The notes under the pieces: generated by a model
The model's input: the letters and a program-made list of their open reading frames with translations, nothing else
What the model was told of the DNA's origin: nothing
Database searches by the model: none
NCBI GenBank assembly: GCA_965153455.1
Contig: OZ234493.1
Span: 7,430,213-7,494,212, forward strand
DNA length: 64,000 nucleotides
Direction of reading: 5' to 3'
From: Sphagnum compactum
Lineage: Eukaryota
Translations under genes and position numbers: made by a program
Shown: one piece after another, positions 54,730-64,000 of the stretch
Layout: each line of letters starts with the position of its first letter
How positions within the stretch are numbered: position 1 is the stretch's first letter

Positions 54730-55640
54730 CATTAAATAAATAAATAAAGGAAAAACACCCCATAAGGGGATAAAAGAAGATAAAAGAAAGGACTGAAATC
54801 TAAACAAAAAAACACACCCAAAAGTGTCGAATGCACAATGGGGAGCCCTAAAAGGAGAAAACATGAAACCTAAACCCATCACTAGTAACACGAAGCAAGT
54901 TGTGCAAAAAGATGGGCAAAAAACTTAGAAAAACACCAAGCCTAAAAAAAGCCTCTCCAGCCGCCACAACTGTTTGACGCAAGATAATGGCAATGTGGAC
55001 TTTCTAAAGAGCTACTAACACCTTCTACCTATAACATGCATGTATATTCAAAAGAAAAGGACTTCTAAAGCCCTTTGTTGACTATGCTATGTTGGCACAT
55101 CGCTGAAAGAAATTGTCCACCTATTGGTGTAAACATCCAAATATCTCTACTATTAGACGGATGAAATCATCTTGAAGGTGTCAGTCATGATATGATGCAA
55201 CCTTTGCTTCAGTTACAATGCAACCATTCCTTAGGATGAAGCACTTCGTGAAACAAGATTTGCATGAATCGGGTCAACAATGATTATGTCTACCAAAATG
55301 CGTGCACCATTTGCTATAAACACAATATCCACTCGTCGTTGTGATAATCGGAGAAATGGCATCCAGAGAACATGTGTTTATTCGTGCAAAATATAAAACA
55401 TGCCATCCCTAGCAATGGAGGCGAAAAATATCTCGAATTACATCATGTGTGGTTGTGTGTTCTCCCCCATGAGCACAACGAAGTAGGTGTATCCTTGTCG
55501 AATCTATGGCCTGACCACATATGCATCAAGAAAGACCACGAGCCATGGGATGGGTGAGGCCCAATCTGATGCATAATGAAAATCAAATTTGTATATATTG
55601 GAGTTGAGAAAATGGTCATGTTCCTTCACACCCAATGCAT
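54730..55640 (-). mobile_element. Second degenerate CRE/R2-like LINE 3' fragment, inverted relative to the 53175-54100 copy
   Basis: Minus strand reads IRLGLTHPMARGLS*CICGQAIDSTRIHLLRCAHGGEHTTTHDVIRD, followed by RRVDIVF, IIIVDP and FIRLIVEIFGCLHQ; collinear with the first copy. Confidence 0.7.
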
Positions 55641-57685
55641 TTTGCCTTAAGAAAGGTATATTCTTAAGTGCTCGGTCACAATGAGAGGCAAAAATAAAAA
55701 TAAAAATTTTAAAACCTAAAAAATCAGTTTAAAAAGAAATTTAAACCAACAATGTTAGTGCCATTCAAAAAGCATCACTTTGGATGGAAGGGTGTGATGA
55801 TTCCCTTCACATGCAGAGCCAATTTTGAACTAAAGAGCCACTTGGGCACCCATGTGGCATCAAAATTGGCAAGGCTGCTTCCAAGTGTTTCCCCTTGCAT
55901 TTTCAACTTTTCATGTGCTCTAGCTATTCACATTAATGTTTTCCTTAACTTGGAATAGTTCCAACCACACCTTCAATGTGGGCCTCAACGAATTTTGTTA
56001 CATCCAAAATATAAATCAATTTTTTTCCACCTTCCAACCCGTAAATAAGAAAAATTATACAATATAAAATGAGAGACAACTTAATTCTCGCCACCTAGCC
56101 ACCCCCCCCCCCCAAAAGAAAAGAAAACACCAATCATTTCTTATTTAGTGTGCTCCTCCAAGGCTCTAAAATATGTTCAATTTTCATTGAATCCGTTGAA
56201 TTTGACTACTTTAAATCATCCAAAATTCCCAATTGAGGGCATCTTGCACCTAGAGCTACTCTTATACTCCTGCTCTTACATGAAACCACAACATTCTAAG
56301 AATTAATTCTCAAGTTGGACTCTATTCACAAATTAACATCGGGGGTCATGAGATTTCTAATCTGTGAAATGCCCCTGCTAAGCCCAGCCCCGTATCACAG
56401 GGCCTTCACCAATGTAGACGGGAATTACATACAATAGAGTTATCCGTAAAGTCATGCCCAGTTGGGCCTGAGTTGCACCCCTCATTTGATGCTTCATCCC
56501 CTCCTGGCTGTTGTCTGCAAAGTCATGAAACTTTATTAAATAAGGGTATGAAATACTGAAACTCAGGATTAAGTGCACTAGGCTCGAGAACACATTTTAT
56601 AACTACAGTACACATAGCAGCAGGCAGTGATTGGTTGAAGGCGTTTAGGAAAAGAAAGGACAGGGCAAACTCAGTTCAGCACCAAATTTTTGGTGCTGCT
56701 AAACTGAGTTTCATGCCCTCTTGAAGTCCAGTATTTTATTTTTTTGCCCCCCTGTTTTTTGAAATCTCATCCCCTATGTGACCAAACAGGGGGTTCTGGT
56801 GCCGTGTTTTCCTGACTTTACGGATAACTTTACTGGCTCCACCATGGTCACAGGGCCTACCGTGGTCACTATTCCGAGTAGCCTAAGGCATAAATTTTTC
56901 TCTGTGAACCAAGGGCAAGCAAACCCTGAGGTCCAGGGTTTAATGCCATTAATGGCATTCAACTATTTACATAACTTGGGTGCAAGAAATAATGCAGTGC
57001 TGCTTTAGATGTTTCCATTTGACCTTAAGGTACAAGCACAGAAAACAAAAGGACAAAAAAAATGGCTGTGAGTGAAAAAATTTGGCATTGTAAATTGGCC
57101 CCAAAGAAGGCTTGAAGCTTGATGGTTGTTTTTTCTTCAAGGTTGTCAACACAAGAACAATAGATGATTTCCACCTCCAACACATAACAACAAAAGATGA
57201 AGAAGTATCTCAACCACAGTTTAGGTCTTGTTAGGGGTTTGGGTGTGTCCTATGAAGGCACTTTTTTTCAGGATTTTTCTTCAGTGGACAAGCAAGCAAG
57301 CAGCTATCTATCTTTTGGGTGCGGGTCAGAACACACCTAAGATGTGAATCAATGGTGGGGTAATGGGCTCTAGAACATGCCCCTGTAGAACACAACACCT
57401 TGCACCTGTAGAACACAACACCATGCAGTAGAATAATAATGGCTTGCCCTACCCAGCTTGTCACATTCACAGGTGGAACCATCCCTACAGGGCTTTGCCC
57501 CATAGTACATTTTAAAATGGGCACACCCACCAAGTATGAAGACTAGGTACATGTCATGGTCTTCCCAAGTTTTTTAAGATGGGCTATGACTGGGTGGCTG
57601 ACTAGTTTGACAAGTTTCGCCCCCCCACATCAAGTGCCTTTCTATTTCTTTTGACCTAATAAAGTTATCTCTAAAGAAAGTCATC

Positions 57686-57787
57686 CTCTCTTTCACCCCT
57701 TATCCCCTCTTTCAGTGGTATCCACAAAGTAAGGAACTCTCTTTCACCCCTTATCCCCTCTTTCAGTGGTATCCGCAAAGGAAGGAA
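57686..57787. repeat. 51-bp tandem duplication
   Basis: ctctctttcaccccttatcccctctttcagtggtatcc[a/g]caaag[t/g]aaggaa occurs twice. Confidence 0.92.
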
Positions 57788-58184
57788 ATCTCATGATGAA
57801 ATGCAGCATTTAATGCACAAGGTTCCAGAGTAATTATAGTAGTTGTGCAGGTAGGAGCAGTGAAAATATATGTAGCAGCACTGGAGGCGCTCAAGAAAAA
57901 CGAAAGAGGGGATGAGGCTCAGTTTACCACTAAAATCGGTGGAAAAACTAGTTTGGGTCCCAGTTATTTTGTTTTGTAAAATTTCATTCCCAATTACGCA
58001 TTTGATGCCTTATTATGCCGAAAATGGCCGTTCTCGCCCCCTAATCGCCTGACTTTACAGATAACTTTAATACCTGAGCTTGAACCTACCTCAATGACAT
58101 ATACAGAAGTTCCCCAATCAAAAAAGTACCTTAAATAAAAAGGAAGAAACGTATAATTACTTGATATAGGTAATAAGAACTGGT

Positions 58185-58400
58185 TTTTTTTTTTTTTTTT
58201 TTTTCCAATTTTGTGATGTAACCAAACTGGTGATCGTCCGCACGAAGATTTCATGAAATTTGGCTATAGACCAGATATGAAAGTAGAAAAAAATTTAACA
58301 ATCCTTTTATATTTTGGTCACCTGCTGAAACCTGTTGTAGAAATCTGGTTTTCTGTTGGGCGGGACAGAATCTGGCAAGTTGTGGCCATTTTCATTTCAT
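58185..58400 (+). repeat. Dispersed repeat family A copy
   Basis: caattttgtgatgtaaccaaactggtgatc...aaatttggctatagaccagatatgaaagtagaaa...atattttgg..cctgctgaaacctgttgt aligns by eye with 5195-5330. Confidence 0.8.
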
Positions 58401-61400
58401 GAGCAAATGGGCTACCCCTGACAAACTCGCTAGCCCATAGACTCATTCTCTATTGGGTGACATAATTGGATCAAATGAAAGAGGGTCCTTCTTCTAGCTC
58501 TAGTGTCCAATGAACTTGTATGAGAAGCCACCATTAGACATTCTTCATGGATTTTTAACTTTTTTAACATTTGGGCTGAACAATGCCACCTTCAAATTGA
58601 AGGCAATTATTTTAGTACCAAGATTGTTAGACAAGCCTGGACTTCCACAGTTGAGGTGGGCATGGCTTCTGGGCATGCAATGCTCAAACATAGAAATACA
58701 TATGAGAGAATAACTTTCATTCCAAGTGGGGTCACAAGGACATTTTTGGCTTTGAGAAAGCACCATCAGTTGGTATTCTCTCCCACTGCGATATCTTCCA
58801 AACTTTTCAGATTCGTAATTTGGGGCTGTTTTTGCTCCCTTCCCCTCTAGGATTTCCTCTGAAGACGATACACTGATGATATGCTTTTCAGTCCTTACTC
58901 TAGGGTTTAGTTTCCTAAACCCTAAACCCTGTAAACATTAGAAAACATGACACTCGGTTGTGGAAAACTGACACAAATATGACGGGCTATGGTATGACTA
59001 ATTTTGTTACTTTGATTACATTGTTACAGTAGATTATTGTAGCTCACACAAATTATGAAAATTTCAAATTTCTGAAAAAAGAATTGTTCTACGAGAAAAA
59101 AACTGTATTAGTTGTTTGTCAATGTGAAAGGTGACCCTAGGCTTATGGAATACAAGGCATTAGGTTTCATCGCCGCCGGGAAATCAAAGTCCTGAATGTG
59201 GGGGCAGAGCCAACTAAGACCCAACTAGTCTTTTCTTCCATTTTTCTTCAATGACATCATCAGCAGGCACTTGTGCTTGGACTTGTGATTAGCCAACATT
59301 CTACAAGCTTTACTTTGTTCACTCCTTTTGGTTGGCAAATTTTGGTATGGATGATGCTACTTACTTGGCTTCTTCCCATAAAACAAAAAACAATTGGGAA
59401 TAGAATTCACCATCCAAAACCCAACCAGCCTTAAATAAGTCAGCTAGCCTAGGTTCAAAATTACATGTTCCATGTTATGGAGTAACTTATGAATTCATTT
59501 TCTGCATTTCCGAGTAATTAGTGGTTCGACATTTGACTAAAGAAAAGGTTTGGTACAGGCCCGCTGACCACCATCCTTTTGTCCAATGGAATGGACCCCA
59601 TTGTGTGTGGATGGAGGTCAAAAATGAAAGCTGCAACAGCTGAGCTGAATTGCACTCTCAGCAATGACTGAGAATGTGGTGATGATGTGGGTCATTGGTG
59701 AGTATGCTGCAGTCCTCCTCCATCATGGATCGAACGAAAGTGTATCTTATCCCACAACTCCCGAAGAAGGACAACTCTTTCTCCAAAGAAGGACAACTTT
59801 AAGGACAACTCTTTCTCCAAAGAAGGACAACTTTTCTGCTAAATAGTTGTGAACAAACCAAGCTACAATTATGCCCCCTTTTACACTAGGAGTCAGGGCC
59901 AATGCTCAATCCAATTCAAGCATTCCAGTGCAAAAGTTGAAATCAGCCCCCATGGGATTTACACACTAAGAGTCAAGGCTGAACTAAAAAAAATCTTTTT
60001 CAATCTGCCCAAAGTTACTAATAAATGCTCAACTCTATGGCCTTGTTGACTGGCCCCGGGGCTTGGAAAAAAGGGTACCATCCATTTTTTTGGGAGGCCA
60101 ATTTGCAACCCTTGGGGCCAATGTTTCAGCATTTACCTACTAACATCCTGACACCAATGTTCTAGCATTTATTAGTAACTTGTGGCCAAACAACTTGTGG
60201 TCAAAAATGCTCAAAGTTGGTCCCCAGTTTTTTGTGGCCTGACTCCTAGTGTAAAGGGGGCCTTAGATGCATCAATTCATGCCACATTACTAGGGCTAAC
60301 TCTAGCTGATCCTTTTGTTTCTTTGCATCCACAGTCCACACTGTGCAACCTGCTTGACCACCATGCACCCTCAAAGAAAGGAAATTGTCACTCAGGGAAG
60401 ATTCTTCTGGGCTTGACCCTGAGTTTCTTTGGCCTTTCGTGCACCTGAAAACCTACACTCGGATCATGTATCTTGTCATAATAAAAATCATGACATCTTA
60501 CGGTCTGGCCAACAGCCTACAAAGTTCCTGCTGATGCGGTAGAATGTCTCCTACTTGTCAATAATATATTGCATAATGGTCATTAGTTAGAATTGGGTAA
60601 CAATCACCCAGAGGGAATGCTATGGTGCGCTATGGGACTTTATGGGCATCAATGCAATGCATTGTACAGTTCAACTACATACCGTAGTTCCTTGGCCATT
60701 TCAGCACATGTCCATTGAATAATTAATTAATTTTGAAAATTTTCATTTCAACAAAAATGTAATATTCCTAAATATTCACTATTATCCTTCACAATAAATA
60801 TTTTTTGATTTGGAAGAAATAATTTTTGAAAATTTCAGCATTTCTGAACATAATATATAATTAGTGTCAAATTGGCCAAGGTACTAGGAAATTTTGCAAG
60901 AAACATCCCCTCCCTCCTCTCCTTCCTTCCTTCGAACAATTTTTTTTTTTTTTTGAATTTTATGTTCTATTACAAGTCAAAGCAAAAACATAAAATTTTA
61001 AACTTGTATGTTTTGTTGGAATTTGAAGGTTTTTGAGGCTATTGGGACACAGGTGGTGCAGGATCAAGTCGTTACAATCGGCCTACTTCCACCCACCATG
61101 GTTGGATTGTGTTTTATAGTAGTTTTAAGGGAAATTTCAACCCACATAGGTCCAACAATGCAGCACAACCATTCAAGCATTGTGCAGGATATTGCACTAA
61201 CACCCACAAAATTCATAGCGAGGTGTGTTTAATGTCATGTGTCACAATTTGGCCGGGGCCTCCTAGTGGCCTTGGATGAACTAGCACCTACATTGGTACT
61301 AGAGCAATGAATGAAAAGTTGCAATGACTTTGCATATATAGATGAAGATATTGTTGTCACCTAGGTTGCATTGGTGGGTCCCTTTTCAAGGGGGTTTTTT

Positions 61401-62833
61401 TTTCTGGGTCTCTTTTCACCTTCATCTTCCAATTCCTTCACACCCCACTTTCTTTTTACCGTTTCCCCTCCTCAAGGACATTGTTGTGTGATGTCCTCTT
61501 GCAACTCAATTTGCAACTTGTCCTTGCTCATTGTTGTTCATTGCTAATTGTGTTTGTGGACACCAATAGGAAGTGAAAGTCAATGTTGGCATTGCCAATG
61601 CTTGCATCTCATTTTATTCTTCTCTGTTTTGTTCACTACTCATGTTCACACATTAGGTTCATCATTGCTCACATGTTAATCCCTCCAAGTTGTTAGTCAC
61701 CAACCCCCCAGCTTACCTTCCACATCTACTTTGGGCCTTCATCTAAGGTGAACTTTGCATCTATCATCTCAACTACTTGCCTTCACATTTGTTGCATATT
61801 TTCTGTATTCTCGATACCTCTTAATAACATTTGGCATTACTTTCTACCCTCTTTTTTGTTTGACCCTCCCTCCCATTTACAATTTTTTTTTTCCTTCTAC
61901 TACAGTGGAGGTTGTCTGTCCATCTTCTAAATCAACACCTTCATGATCAAAAAATCTTGTTCTTTGTACTAGGTTACTTTTTAGTAGCATGATGCAATTG
62001 CACCATAGCAATACAAATCAATTTTAAATAGTTGAATGTAATGTTTACATTTAGGTTATACTTGGAGCTGTGGACATAATAAACATGTCACATTTACTTC
62101 TAAACTATTGCAATTTCTGAATGCACAAAAAATGTGTATGTTATCATATGCCAATTTGGTTGTGATGTTTCTCCATGAATGATTGTTGCACTTCCACTCA
62201 ATAATTGTTTGAATTTCAAATTCCAATTGGAGCTTCGGTGTGAACACAATAACATGAGCTTTTTGCAAGTGTAATCAATTGGTTGATTTTTCATGAACTT
62301 TTCAAGTGATAACTTAAATTAATGTTGAAATCTTTTTATGTGTTTATATATTTCTAATGCATGAGGGAAACATTAATTTGATAAGTTTGAAATGAAGCCA
62401 TGGGTTGTGAGGGTGCAGAAACTCCTCTAGCAGTTCAAAACTTTTGTGAGCTTGTTTGGTTTCTACTACTGTGATCAACAAGTGATGCGAGTAACAACTT
62501 ACATGGAACTGACTGTTGGAGGGCTGTAAATCAGCAAAATTCGGAGTCTCTGAAGGTAGAAGAGTTTACCAGACTTCCTTCCATAAATTTGCAGTGCAAC
62601 ATGATGTGGAAGTGTGTGGTCTGCAACCTCTGGACCTGCAAGACAATATTTCACCTTGCAAAAACCCTAGAAAACAAGAGTTTACTATTTGGGTTTGCCC
62701 ACGACCATCTGTTGTTCCATGAATCTGCAGGCTAAAAGAGAACATGAAATCATAAATGGATTATTCCTTAGTCTGGAGAAAGCTCAAGCAAACTGCTCTG
62801 CAAGAGCATGGACTTGATTATGTGTGAGCATAC

Positions 62834-63967
62834 CTCCTTGCCTGACAGAGGGGGACCACCCCTGCTTGTTCAGATCAAGTTGTTGAAGGGGGTTAGACAA
62901 GTCAGATGTGGGAGTACATGGGGAGGCTTTGCGAGAACAGCTAGGGGAGGCCAGATGAGAACTTGTGTCAAGAAGCCCACCACTGGAAGGCAAGTTGTCT
63001 TTATCAGAGTTGAAGCTTGAAGTGGTTGCTGGACTCTGATTCTCAGAATCAGGTGAGACCTCTGGCATGTGAGACCAAGCCTTCCCTGTGTTGAGTAGGA
63101 GCTGGTGGTGCAGATGGCGAAAGAGTGGATAAACCTACATGAAACTCCTCTGCTTGTCAATTTGGAGAATCACTGACTTACTGCTTGAGTTCATCTATCC
63201 TGCTCATTCAAGTCCCCTTCTGGCAGCCTGTTTGTCCCTACTATCTTCTTCCAAAAGACAAGACCTTAACAGTTTATGTCATGCAGGTGATTGACATTGT
63301 CGCCCCAGATGACCACAATACATGCATCCCAAATAGATTGCAAACAAACAAATATCAATCAATACATCAAGCTGCAGTTCACACATACTAATCTTCTTTG
63401 AGACAGAAGGGGTAGTAGTACCTTCTTGAGTTCATGAAAAGTGTGATCCTGCAGCTGCTGAGGCAGATTATCCTTGACCAACTGTAACGCTCTGTAATTG
63501 GGGCACACTATAGCATTTATGCTTCTCAAGTGTTGGAGATAATGAACTTCCTAAGCTCAAAGACAAGAATAATGGGTGGCTAGTATCTTCAAATCTTCAT
63601 CAGAATTATAACCTTTTGATATGAAGATTATGAGCACATACGTACCTGGGGTGTTGGCAGAGTAGAATATAGCTGCGGACGACATGAAACACGAGGCGTG
63701 GCGAGAAATCTTGTACCACAGCAAGTACAGCAACCTCGACAACAACACAGGCAAGGCACAAGAAGTCAGCTGATAGGTTTGGCCGTGGCAAGAGTTTGAG
63801 CAATTAGCATGTCCTGCACTCCCCACAATTTGTGTTTTGAAGTAAAAGGACCTCACCAGATGTGTAAGCATTATCAAGATATCCATAGCAAGGTTCGAAG
63901 TTGGATCACAGACGGCAGCAAGGGTTCTGCTGTCTCTTAGCATTGATTCAAGAATTGACATTGAGAT
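62834..63967 (-). CDS. Partial multi-exon gene of unknown function, 5' end beyond the window; probable exons 63857..63967, 63646..63672, 63422..63550, 62834..63134
   Basis: Four segments bounded by AG/GT join in phase 0 without stops: ISMSILESMLRDSRTLAAVCDPTSNLAMDILIMLTHL|LYSTLPTPQ|EVHYLQHLRSINAIVCPNYRALQLVKDNLPQQLQDHTFHELKK|VYPLFRHLHHQLLLNTGKAWSHMPEVS... then a Ser/Pro-rich tract. Further candidate exons (about 62502-62635, about 60370-60445) could not be phased unambiguously. Family not recognised. Confidence 0.6.
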
Positions 63968-64000
63968 CTGCAAAACCCATTTTCACTGTTCTTAATCTCA

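Noticed and set aside
63279-63371. Alternative terminal exon LDVLIDICLFAIYLGC...* for the right-hand gene
   Set aside because: It needs a 50-nt intron; the acceptor at 63135 gives a longer in-phase continuation. Not fully excluded.

Overview
Eukaryotic, AT-rich land-plant nuclear DNA with spliced genes and TTTAGGG telomere-type motifs; a bryophyte such as a peat moss is my inference and is not proven. Three minus-strand genes are present. (1) A complete 17-exon DEMETER/ROS1-family 5-methylcytosine DNA glycosylase (182-12077, about 2013 aa) with intact HhH Lys, VDTN Asp and 4Fe-4S motifs, a degenerate permuted-CXXC segment, and a leader with several uORFs. (2) A 4-exon group IIb WRKY transcription factor (40999-44431, 969 aa). 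(3) Internal or 3' exons of an unidentified gene running off the right edge. The intergenic DNA is mostly decayed transposon sequence: a Ty3/gypsy pol remnant ending in a PHD finger, a partly duplicated FCP1/NIF phosphatase relic, hAT-like and MULE-like fragments, two convergent CRE-like LINE 3' ends, TIR elements, dispersed repeats and tandem arrays. No rRNA, tRNA or CRISPR array was found. All gene models were hand-spliced from GT-AG sites, phase and recalled family motifs; no database search was run.
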